Origin: a virus
Strand: one strand, 5' to 3'
Length of the DNA: 64,000 nucleotides
IMG/VR virus record: IMGVR_UViG_3300029305_006221
Location: 64,001-128,000 of that record
Under the pieces are notes generated by a model. It ran no database searches, was not told where the DNA came from, and saw only the letters and a program-made list of their open reading frames with translations. Positions 1 to 7,069 of the stretch are shown here, in pieces. Position 1 is the first letter of the stretch. Each line of letters begins with the position of its first letter. The position numbers and the translations under genes were made by a program.

Positions 1-110
1 TATGGAATTACATAACCGCCAATCTCTTTGGCTCTTTTTTCCGCCTCTTTTTTATTGGTAAACAAATCCTCAAAAGCGCAAGTATAATCTTCACATACTA
101 CATAGACTTT
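1..110 (-). CDS. hypothetical small protein. N-terminal part only; the ORF runs off the window start
   Basis: ATG at 110-108 preceded by an AGGAGAAG RBS. Reads MKVYVVCEDYTCAFEDLFTNKKEAEKRAKEIGGYVIP with no stop before position 1. Confidence 0.4.
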
Positions 111-140
111 CATTTTTTCTTCTCCTTATATTTTTTATGA

Positions 141-161
141 GAGAGGGCTTTGCGCCCTCTC
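141..161. other. GC-rich inverted repeat GAGAGGGC-TTTGC-GCCCTCTC that overlaps the TGA stop of the 160..513 gene
   Basis: Perfect 8-bp stem. Same core as the hairpin at 778-797. One of a family of GGGCGC/GCGCCC hairpins between early genes. Confidence 0.5.
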
Positions 162-513
162 AATAAGTGTCATAGCCAAGTATCTCAGCGGTTTCTCCGT
201 CTACAAGACCAAGAAATATTGCATTGTCAAAGTTGTCATCAGCAATCTCTTGACATTTTGCTATAAAGTCTTCCATTTCTTCTCCGTCTTCTTTCTTGAG
301 TTCTACAAAGAAGACTTCTCCGCTTTCTTCGTCTACAAAGTTGCTATCAAGCCACTCGCCAACCTCTGTGATATCCCATATTGCTTTGTTTGTGTCTAAC
401 ATTGTTTTTACCTCTCTTTTATGTATTTGTATCAAGAGCAAGTTGTCTGTCTGCTCTAAACTACTCAATGGTTTCGGGTATCTCAACCGTGCGTTCTCCG
501 AGTTTTCGTTCAT
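160..513 (-). CDS. hypothetical acidic protein, 117 aa
   Basis: Intact ORF with no in-frame TAG. Sits directly downstream of the consensus promoter at 546-574. Confidence 0.6.
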   Translation of the reverse strand: MNENSENARLRYPKPLSSLEQTDNLLLIQIHKREVKTMLDTNKAIWDITEVGEWLDSNFVDEESGEVFFVELKKEDGEEMEDFIAKCQEIADDNFDNAIFLGLVDGETAEILGYDTY

Positions 514-545
514 CGTTTCCGAGCCTTGCTCTTGATTACATACAT

Positions 546-574
546 ATTATATCATAAATAAATCTATTTGTCAA
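546..574 (-). promoter_or_regulatory. sigma-70 consensus promoter (TTGACA-17-TATAAT) on the minus strand
   Basis: Minus strand reads cacTTGACAaatagatttatttatgaTATAATatg. -35 = plus 569-574, -10 = plus 546-551, spacer 17 nt. Confidence 0.7.
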
Positions 575-610
575 GTGTTTTTGCAAAAGTTTTTTTGAAA
601 TATCGAACAA

Positions 611-728
611 GTTTACAAAAGGTTCATAATTTAATAGTAGGTGTTAAACTATTGCCTTTACGGGTAACAAATTTGAAATGAATGGTTCATAATTTTGTGT
701 AAAAAAGTTTACAAACTGTTCACAATTG
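611..728. repeat. cluster of operator-like repeats GTTTACAAA-n3-GTTCA(C/T)AATT upstream of the promoter at 546-574
   Basis: Three copies: 611-632 GTTTACAAAAGGTTCATAATTT, 684-696 GGTTCATAATTTT, 707-728 GTTTACAAACTGTTCACAATTG. Related copies at 1425-1455 and 1963-2054. Confidence 0.5.
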
Positions 729-761
729 CGCAAAGCGGCTCGCGCGCGATTGTGTGCGAGC

Positions 762-797
762 CGGCAAAGAAAAGAAGAGGGCGCAAAGCCCTCTATA
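762..797 (-). terminator. rho-independent terminator on the minus strand
   Basis: Minus strand reads AGAGGGCTTTGCGCCCTCT then TCTTTTCTTTGCC, immediately after the stop of the 798..974 gene. Confidence 0.6.
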
Positions 798-974
798 TTA
801 GTTTATCGCTTGAATACAAACTACATCATCTGATGTTTCGTATATTTCAACGTCAGGATTGTCTGTTGAAGTCTTGACCTCTACATATCCGACATAGCCA
901 CTCATAACCTCAAGCATAATAGGTGCGTCTTGAGGCATTTCTTCAAGTTTCTTTATAAGTTCTCTTACTGTCAT
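798..974 (-). CDS. hypothetical small protein, 58 aa. Below the 60-aa cut-off of the ORF track
   Basis: AGGAAAGGAGA RBS, then ATG at 974. Reads MTVRELIKKLEEMPQDAPIMLEVMSGYVGYVEVKTSTDNPDVEIYETSDDVVCIQAIN and ends at TAA. Confidence 0.45.
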   Translation of the reverse strand: MTVRELIKKLEEMPQDAPIMLEVMSGYVGYVEVKTSTDNPDVEIYETSDDVVCIQAIN

Positions 975-1003
975 ATGTATCTCCTTTCCTTATGGGGATT
1001 GCC

Positions 1004-1279
1004 TTAGCAATCCCCCGTGTAGCAACCCATATAGGGGTCAAAGCCGCTCTCATCAGCTTCATCGACGAAATCATCGTCCCACGCATCATTATAGATGAGG
1101 CTATTGGCGCCGTGGTCATAGATGATTTGCGCCATAGCGGTTGCGCGCTCTTTGTCGAGCATATCGTCTGCAACAAGGTCAACAAGTTGCGCGATTGCGA
1201 TAGTGTGAATATCCTCAAAGCCGAATTCCTGAACCGCCAAGTTCTGACAGTTATGAAGAGTAAGTTTGGTGTAGTCCAT
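1004..1279 (-). CDS. hypothetical acidic protein, about 91 aa. The ORF track shows 1004..1321
   Basis: An internal ATG at 1279 has a good AAGAGGT RBS. Asp/Glu-rich. The overlapping ORFs 943..1218(-) and 992..1417(+) are judged spurious. Confidence 0.5.
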   Translation of the reverse strand: MDYTKLTLHNCQNLAVQEFGFEDIHTIAIAQLVDLVADDMLDKERATAMAQIIYDHGANSLIYNDAWDDDFVDEADESGFDPYMGCYTGDC

Positions 1280-1385
1280 AGTGTACCTCTTGATTATGTA
1301 TTCAGTAAAAGAGCCTTGCAAGGTAGGAGTGCATATTGCGAGGGTGCTTTTTCAACCCTTATCTCCTCTCTCTTACTGTACCATT

Positions 1386-1414
1386 ATTATATCACATATC
1401 GGGATAGAAGTCAA
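1386..1414 (-). promoter_or_regulatory. sigma-70 consensus promoter (TTGACT-17-TATAAT) on the minus strand
   Basis: Minus strand reads ctaTTGACTtctatcccgatatgtgaTATAATaatgg. -35 = plus 1409-1414, -10 = plus 1386-1391. Confidence 0.7.
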
Positions 1415-1424
1415 TAGGCAGAAT

Positions 1425-1455
1425 GCACAAACTTTCAATCAAATATTTGTGTAAC
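1425..1455. repeat. operator-like repeat of the same family as 611-728, in inverted orientation
   Basis: Plus strand GCACAAACTTTCAATCAAATATTTGTGTAAC. Its reverse complement contains GTTACACAAAT and AAAGTTTGTGC. Confidence 0.4.
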
Positions 1456-1475
1456 CTATACAAATCGCGTAAAAC

Positions 1476-1535
1476 GTCGCGCCACGACCGCCGGCGCGAC
1501 GGCGAAAGGAAAAGCGCCTTGATGCTGCAAGGCGC
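1476..1535 (-). terminator. two rho-independent terminators in tandem on the minus strand, closing the GC-rich ncRNA
   Basis: Minus strand GCGCCTTG-cagcat-CAAGGCGC then TTTTCCTTTC (plus 1504-1535). Then GTCGCGCC-ggcggtcgt-GGCGCGAC then GTTTT (plus 1473-1500). Confidence 0.65.
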
Positions 1536-1899
1536 TTTATAGTCTACCTCTTGCAGGAGGACAGGAGGTAAGCCATCTGCAAGAGGTTGGTCATATGCTC
1601 GAATGAGGGTGGTTATACGCTACCTACCAAAACGCTCCCGACTATATGCCGTAGGCTCGGGTTATTGGTCGTGGTTTATGGAGAGCCACGCTCCGCTCCG
1701 ATATTGAACACAAGCCCTCGGAGTGGGGTAGGGTAGTCGTTGTTCGCCCCTTCGCTACCAATAGGGGGCGGCTACTTTGCAGTTGCCAAGCTGGACGGTG
1801 TTATCGACTATCCCAACTGTCGGTCAAGGGGCGGTCAGCCGTTACTCTCGTGTGGATTGGGTGCGATTGTCGAGGTCTGTCGCTCCGCTCTCCCTTTGA
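1504..1899 (-). ncRNA. unidentified structured GC-rich non-coding RNA, about 400 nt
   Basis: A GC-rich island sharply bounded within an AT-rich genome. No ORF apart from a spurious 62-aa one. Transcribed on the minus strand from the perfect extended -10 promoter at 1907-1935 and closed by tandem terminators. Long-range complementarity GGGAGAGCGGAGCG (5' end) with CGGAGCGGAGCGUGGCUCUCC, and an 11-bp stem ACCTCTTGCAG/CTGCAAGAGGT. No match I can recognise to tRNA, tmRNA, RNase P, 6S, group I or hammerhead motifs. Confidence 0.6.
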
Positions 1900-1906
1900 C
1901 ACTTAT

Positions 1907-1935
1907 ATTATACCACAATGGATACTAAATGTCAA
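1907..1935 (-). promoter_or_regulatory. sigma-70 consensus promoter with extended -10 (TTGACA-17-TGgTATAAT) on the minus strand, driving the ncRNA
   Basis: Minus strand reads cctaTTGACAtttagtatccattgtggTATAATataagtg. -35 = plus 1930-1935, -10 = plus 1907-1912, TGn at plus 1913-1915. Confidence 0.75.
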
Positions 1936-1962
1936 TAGGTTTTATAAATTTCTTTATGAATT

Positions 1963-2054
1963 TTTTGTAAACAGTATATGAATATTGGGATAAGTTTTGT
2001 TCATAAAATATTTACAATTTGGAAACAAATAATTTACAAATCGTTCACAAATTG
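1963..2054. repeat. cluster of operator-like repeats of the GTTTACAAA / GTTCACAA family upstream of the ncRNA promoter
   Basis: 1963-1985 TTTTGTAAACAGTATATGAAT (inverted copy), 1994-2020 GTTTTGTTCATAAAATATTTACAATTT, 2031-2054 AATTTACAAATCGTTCACAAATTG. Confidence 0.5.
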
Positions 2055-2109
2055 CTTTAGCGGCGCGTCGCGGGGGATGACGCGCCGCGCAGTCAATATT
2101 AAGCGGATA

Positions 2110-2129
2110 AGGGCGCACTCAGGCGCCCT
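2110..2129. other. GC-rich hairpin AGGGCGC-actca-GGCGCCCT with the TGA stop of the 2119..2439 gene in its loop
   Basis: Member of the hairpin family at 141-161, 778-797, 2656-2675 and 3119-3137. Confidence 0.45.
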
Positions 2130-2439
2130 CGTCATCAAGCTGTGACTCTATGAATGGTATAATAGTTTTAAGTATCTCAACCTCTTTGGCGGTCAACCCT
2201 ATAATATCATAGTAGGCTATCACTTCCCCAATATCCTTATAGATAGGATATACACTTGGGGGCAGATATTTATTAACCTCAATATATGGCTCACTGTCGC
2301 TGTCTCCCCACATTCTGCGCCCTTCTTTATCGTATATGGCGAGGACGTCACCAAAGTATCTTGCAAGGTATTCTGCCCACTGTGTAAACTCATTTTCGAT
2401 ATGTATTCTTTTCATTTGTTTAATTCTCCTTATACTCAA
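2119..2439 (-). CDS. hypothetical protein, 106 aa
   Basis: Intact ORF with no TAG. Confidence 0.55.
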   Translation of the reverse strand: MSIRRIKQMKRIHIENEFTQWAEYLARYFGDVLAIYDKEGRRMWGDSDSEPYIEVNKYLPPSVYPIYKDIGEVIAYYDIIGLTAKEVEILKTIIPFIESQLDDEGA

Positions 2440-2665
2440 ATTTAACTGTTACCTTTGTATAACCGTATTGCTCTAAGTGTCGAGGGGTTAGCGCCCTACT
2501 CTTGCATAATGACAGTATGGCGCGCTCTTGATAATACTTCTTATTTGCAATATAATCCTCTATGCTTTGTATCTCTACTCTGCGGGTAAGGGGTTGGCGC
2601 CCCTTATCGCTTAATAATATTATTCTTGCATATAACATAATCCTACCTCTTGAGTAGGGGCTCAT
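2420..2665 (-). CDS. hypothetical protein, 81 aa
   Basis: Its ATG (2665-2663) overlaps the TGA stop (2664-2662) of the upstream small ORF as ATGA. The overlap suggests translational coupling. Confidence 0.5.
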   Translation of the reverse strand: MSPYSRGRIMLYARIILLSDKGRQPLTRRVEIQSIEDYIANKKYYQERAILSLCKSRALTPRHLEQYGYTKVTVKFEYKEN

Positions 2666-2770
2666 TTGAGCCCCTTATGATATTTGTATTCTTGATATAT
2701 GGATATTACTATTGTCGGAATACTTGCAATGCCTATAACCAATATAAAACCCAACATTTCACCTAACATT
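2662..2770 (-). CDS. small hydrophobic peptide, 35 aa. Below the ORF-track cut-off
   Basis: GAAGGGAG RBS, then ATG at 2770. Reads MLGEMLGFILVIGIASIPTIVISIYQEYKYHKGLK. Its stop lies in the loop of the GC hairpin at 2656-2675. Confidence 0.35.
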
Positions 2771-2788
2771 GTTATATACTCCCTTCTT

Positions 2789-3094
2789 TTAAAATGTATT
2801 TGTAAATGCGTCAACACTTAATTCCACAGGTTTGTCGAATGAGTGCATATATATTTTAATTATTATAATGTCTCCCCTATTCCAGTCTTTTGTTATTTCA
2901 TAGCCGTGTTCATTCATAAGCTCGGTAAGATATTCATTGCTTGTTAAGAGGTCAAGCAACGTATTTTTATATGAGTAAACAGTTAAGGTATTATCATAAG
3001 AAATACCATACGCATATTTTTCAGATACTAAAACTGCTGTTGTGTTATAAGTGCAAAAATATTCATTGTTAAAGATTTTTACTGTTTTTTTCAT
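2789..3094 (-). CDS. hypothetical protein, 101 aa
   Basis: Intact ORF. RBS AAAAGGGGGAT upstream of ATG 3094. Confidence 0.55.
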   Translation of the reverse strand: MKKTVKIFNNEYFCTYNTTAVLVSEKYAYGISYDNTLTVYSYKNTLLDLLTSNEYLTELMNEHGYEITKDWNRGDIIIIKIYMHSFDKPVELSVDAFTNTF

Positions 3095-3125
3095 TTTTAA
3101 ATCCCCCTTTTATATAGCGGGGCGC

Positions 3126-3308
3126 TTATTGCGCCCCTATTAACTTTTGAGTGTTACCGATATTCGCTTTATATTCAAAGTATAGCGCCATTTCATCAAG
3201 CTCCTCATCTGTTGGAATATGTGGCTTTAATTCGTTTTCTAACTCTTGCAACGCTATCTCAAACTCAAGCTCTCTTTTATTGTCTATGTATCTGTCAATA
3301 ACTACCAT
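3126..3308 (-). CDS. hypothetical protein, 60 aa
   Basis: Intact ORF. Its TAA stop lies in the loop of the GGGGCGC-ttatt-GCGCCCC hairpin at 3119-3137. Confidence 0.5.
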   Translation of the reverse strand: MVVIDRYIDNKRELEFEIALQELENELKPHIPTDEELDEMALYFEYKANIGNTQKLIGAQ

Positions 3309-3311
3309 TAT

Positions 3312-3566
3312 TTAATCCCCCCTTGTATCAAACTCATCTTGAACATTATTAAAAAAGTATTCAACATTATTGACGTCAATTCTGTAATACTCACAAAACT
3401 CTTTTCTTGCTTGTTCGTCGGTGTTTAGCTTGTGGAGTCTTGCGTTATGGTTTTCTATATTATCAGAACCGTAACAAGCTAAAAAAGTATAGTGTTCTTG
3501 TTCCCAGCTTGTGCCTTTGTTATAAACGACGGGCTTTTTAAGTTTGTAGCATATTGTGTTAGCCAT
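3312..3566 (-). CDS. hypothetical protein, about 84 aa. The ORF track shows 3312..3614
   Basis: The internal ATG at 3566 (MANTICYKL...) is preceded by an AAAAAGGGGAT RBS. The 16 codons upstream are a poly-A read-through artefact. Confidence 0.45.
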   Translation of the reverse strand: MANTICYKLKKPVVYNKGTSWEQEHYTFLACYGSDNIENHNARLHKLNTDEQARKEFCEYYRIDVNNVEYFFNNVQDEFDTRGD

Positions 3567-3626
3567 TTTTTTTATCCCCTTTTTATTTTTTCTTTTTTTT
3601 GTTAAAGTGACCATTTTTAGATATTG

Positions 3627-3776
3627 TTAATTTATTGCAACCAATATCCATTCTTTACAGTCGCAACCATTGTTTTTCATTGCTTCCCATACATTAATAC
3701 CTTTAATGTGTTTTACTGTTCCATTGTACTTGTTTGCAATTCTGAAAGTTAAAAGATTGTTGTTTGTGTTCATCAT
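3627..3776 (-). CDS. hypothetical small Cys-containing protein, about 49 aa. The ORF track shows 3627..3878
   Basis: Internal ATGATG at 3776 with an AGAGAGGTAAAAAA RBS. The upstream part is a poly-A/poly-Lys artefact. Confidence 0.4.
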   Translation of the reverse strand: MMNTNNNLLTFRIANKYNGTVKHIKGINVWEAMKNNGCDCKEWILVAIN

Positions 3777-4077
3777 TTTTTTACCTCTCTTTTCTTTTTT
3801 TGTTTTTTGCTTGACTCTCTCAAGCTCTGTAAATATTATACCACTTTTAAAAATAATTGCAAGAGGTAAAATGCACAAAGTTTAAAATTTTTTTAGGTAT
3901 TTTTTTGTGCGTTTTGCCAAGACTACACAGAGATATTGGTAACATTTGGAAATGGTAAAAAATGGGAGGCTTTCAGGATAAATTTTCCAGAAATTGCCAA
4001 TACCCCTTTGCTCACGAAAACTCTCTCCTAGAAAATTCTTTTTATTCTAAAAAACGAAAATCATCCCCATTTCATCA

Positions 4078-4104
4078 AAAAAGAGGGATTTTAAATCCCT
4101 CTTT
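4078..4104. terminator. bidirectional hairpin terminator AAGAGGGATTT-taa-AATCCCTCTT
   Basis: Perfect palindrome with a T-run on the minus strand after the stop of the 4146..4457 gene. Confidence 0.55.
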
Positions 4105-4145
4105 CTCTTTTCTCATATTCACTCTATTTTTTACCCATGCGTATA

Positions 4146-4457
4146 TTAACCGCCAATTCGATCGTTTACGCACTCTCCCAAATCAAATAGATGCCAAACA
4201 TAAGGCCCATGTGTTAAACTTCCTATAAACTCCACTTGGCGCCCATTGCTTTTACTATACACGTTATCAAGCGGCCACCCTGTTCCTACACAAGCAACCA
4301 TGCGCGCGACCTTTGGCGCATTAGTGTTTACTCTTGCCCAAAAACACATATTATCTGCAGGATCCAATCCAAAGCTAACAATCTGCGCGCCCTCTGGCAA
4401 ATAATATTCCTGATTAATAATATTAGGCTCAACATTATATTTCCAAATACTATACAT
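4146..4457 (-). CDS. hypothetical protein, 103 aa. Last gene of the leftward early block
   Basis: Intact ORF with no TAG. Divergent from the late-operon promoter at 4529-4557. Confidence 0.6.
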   Translation of the reverse strand: MYSIWKYNVEPNIINQEYYLPEGAQIVSFGLDPADNMCFWARVNTNAPKVARMVACVGTGWPLDNVYSKSNGRQVEFIGSLTHGPYVWHLFDLGECVNDRIGG

Positions 4458-4528
4458 TTTTAAATCTCCTTTTTATTTTTATTATAACATTATTTTTTCT
4501 TAAAGTCAATCTAAAATACCACACTTTC

Positions 4529-4557
4529 TTGACAGGCGCAAAAAATTTTGGTATAAT
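4529..4557 (+). promoter_or_regulatory. sigma-70 consensus promoter (TTGACA-17-TATAAT) at the head of the rightward operon
   Basis: cTTGACAggcgcaaaaaattttggTATAATtta. -35 = 4529-4534, -10 = 4552-4557. Confidence 0.75.
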
Positions 4558-4589
4558 TTATTTAAAGATAGATGAAAGGAGCCAATAAC

Positions 4590-5759
4590 TTGGATTACGA
4601 TAATACTCAAGACCTTTTGGACATAGAAGACGAAGACTCGGCTCCTAACCAAGAGGCAGATATAATTGAAGACTAGATTGCGGCAGAGGATATTGAACAA
4701 ACTCTGCATTTAGACTATACTTTAAAAACTTGCGAAGAGCGCGCCGGTCTTGTTAATAAGATCGTAGAGCAAACTCCGGCGCAGAATCTTACAAATCGTT
4801 ATTTAGAAATATTAGGCGATTATATAATGGGCGGCATTACAAAAGAAGAAAAGAAGGGGCGCCAATACCTTACTACAAACCGCCTTATAACCATTAATAA
4901 GCGCGAAACCTCATACGAAGGATTAGCAGAAAAACTTGAAAATGGTGAAGATGGTATTTATAATTTAATCACTGATAATAAAAATATGTTTTTTCAATTA
5001 AAAGATCCTATTTCAGAGCGGGATATTGAAGAAATTCCTGGATTAAAAGAGCTGCGCGAAGAGATTGAAAAAGTAGAGGCGGCATGTAAAAGCGCCCGTG
5101 GCAAGAGAAAATATCTGTTAAAAAAACAATTAATTGAAATGCGTAAAGATCAATATATATTACGAAGTTCGGTGCGCCAGCCTGTGGTTGCGGCACCCTG
5201 CGCCAAAGGAGTAAATAAAATTGATTTGCACGTAGAATATTGGTTAGATGAAAATAGAATTCCACAAAGTAAAGGTGTAATATCTTTTTTTGATCCTAAG
5301 CATATTTCTGCAATTATGTGCAATTATAATGGATTAAAACTTGCTGTTAAAGATAAATTTTCTAGCGATTTTTATTTTCTTATGCTGGATTTTGATGAGC
5401 TATTGGACAAGGCGCTTAACAATGAACCTATATTTCGCGATATTGTCAATATGAAGTTTGATGGGATTCAGAATATTGATATACAAAAATATTTATTAAA
5501 AACATATAATAAAACCTACACCGTAGAATATATTTCAAACCTATGGCGCAATAAAATACCTAAATTAATAGCACAACAGGCGCAAATCGATTATGTTATA
5601 AAATACTATTAGTCACATAAAGGCGCCCGTTGGAAAAAATGTTCTTGTTGTGGGGTAACTAAACCCGCTCATACTTATTTCTATTCTAAAAATAGCAGTT
5701 CTAAAGATGGATGGTATAGTATGTGTAAAAAATGTCGTAATGCAAAGAATAAAAAATAA
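4590..5759 (+). CDS. hypothetical protein with a C-terminal zinc ribbon (CSCCG...CKKC), 389 aa with TAG as sense
   Basis: AAAGGAG RBS, then TTG at 4590 (ATG at 4572 also in frame). The frame is open to TAA 5757-5759 through two in-frame TAG codons (4683, 5610). This joins ORF-track ORF 4827..5612 to the downstream Cys-rich tail. Confidence 0.55.
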
Positions 5760-5845
5760 TTTAAACATATTATAAAAATTATTATAATAATATTTTTAAT
5801 TCTCTATAGAATAAATTATTTAATTAGAAAGGAGAATAAAATTGA

Positions 5846-7066
5846 ATGGCAACTTGTTTTTGTGATAAGTGTCAAAAGACAATGGATGAAGGATAGTTTT
5901 ATACCTATCATGATGGAACTAAAACTGAACTTTGTAAAAAATGTATGACACTTCATATTAATAATTTTGATGAGTCTACTTTTGTTTGGCTTTTAGAAAA
6001 AATGGATGTTCCTTACGTTCCTGGTGAATGGAATAGATTACGAGACAACGCAATGGCAAAAGCGAATGATGATCCTCGTAAATTAAATGGCATGTCTGTC
6101 TTTGGAAAATATTTATCTAAAATGAAACTGAAACAATTTAAAGATGCGCGCTGGGCGGATAGTGAGCGCCTATAGGCAGAGGCTGCGCAGAAAAAAGCTG
6201 CATCTGATGCAGAACTAGCAGAATTGGACGCAATGTATCAAGAGCAGTATGATAAAGGGGAAATTTCAGAAGCTTAGTATAGAACATTAGTAAGCACCAC
6301 TGCGCGAAATGCTAATTTTTATTCAAAGGCGCCATCTATAGCTTAGCCGATTGCGCCTGATACCAACTTTTTTGATGAAAATCAATTCTTAGATGATTCT
6401 GAGATCCCAGACCCCGCCGCGTCTTTAACATAGGAAGATAAAATAGCAATGGCTGTAAAATGGGGAAAGCTATACAAACCAAATGAATGGGTTATTCTTG
6501 AAACAGATTATACTAAAATGAAAAAATCATTTGATATTCAAGATGCGGACTCTGAAAATACCTTAATCCTTCTTTGTAAAACTAATTTAAAAGCTAATCA
6601 AGCTATTGACTGTGGAGATATTGAAGGTTATCAAAAACTTGCGAAAGTGGCAGAATCTTTGCGTAAAAGCGCAAAATTTACCGCTCAATAGAATAAAGAG
6701 GAAAAAGGAGATTTTGTTGACTCTGTTGGTGAATTAATAGCGTTATGCGAAAGAGATGGTTTTATTCCTAGATTCGCTACAGATATTCCTCAAGATAAAG
6801 TAGATATGACTTTAAAAGATATGAATGAATATGTGCGCAAATTGGTTACTCAAGACCTTGGTTTCGGACAGCAAATAGAAGATTCTTTAAAAAAGATTAT
6901 GCTTCAAAATGAAATGAATAAAGAGGCGGAAGAGCGTCAAATGGAAGAGGGCGACGATTATGATCCATATGCGCCAAATGAATTGGCTGATGAAGATTTA
7001 ATTGATTATTATGATGAAATTATGAGTCAAAAAATACAAGATAAAAATATTTATACTGAGGTATAA
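5846..7066 (+). CDS. hypothetical protein with an N-terminal zinc ribbon (CFCDKC...CKKC), 406 aa. Possibly a terminase small subunit or DNA-binding protein
   Basis: AAAGGAG RBS, then ATG 5846 with an in-frame TGA just upstream. Open to TAA 7064-7066 through about 7 in-frame TAG codons. Joins ORF-track ORFs 5945, 6449 and 6806, all in frame 2. Sits immediately upstream of terL. Confidence 0.55.
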
Positions 7067-7069
7067 GAT

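Noticed and set aside
943-1417. Overlapping ORF-track ORFs 943..1218(-), 992..1417(+) and the long version of 1004..1321(-)
   Set aside because: They are mutually exclusive shadow frames over one small acidic gene. Only the 1004..1279 frame has an RBS-preceded ATG and sensible composition. The true neighbour is a separate 58-aa gene at 798..974.
1440-1930. Possibility that the GC-rich element hides a suppressor tRNA(CUA), tmRNA or RNase P RNA
   Set aside because: I looked for a 7-nt anticodon loop U-CUA-R and for GTTC(G/A)A T-loops on both strands, and found none. There is no tRNA-like 5'/3' pairing with CCA, no GGAAAGUCCGG or ACAGAAAGUGCCACAG RNase P blocks, and no tmRNA tag reading frame. 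I left it as an unclassified ncRNA.
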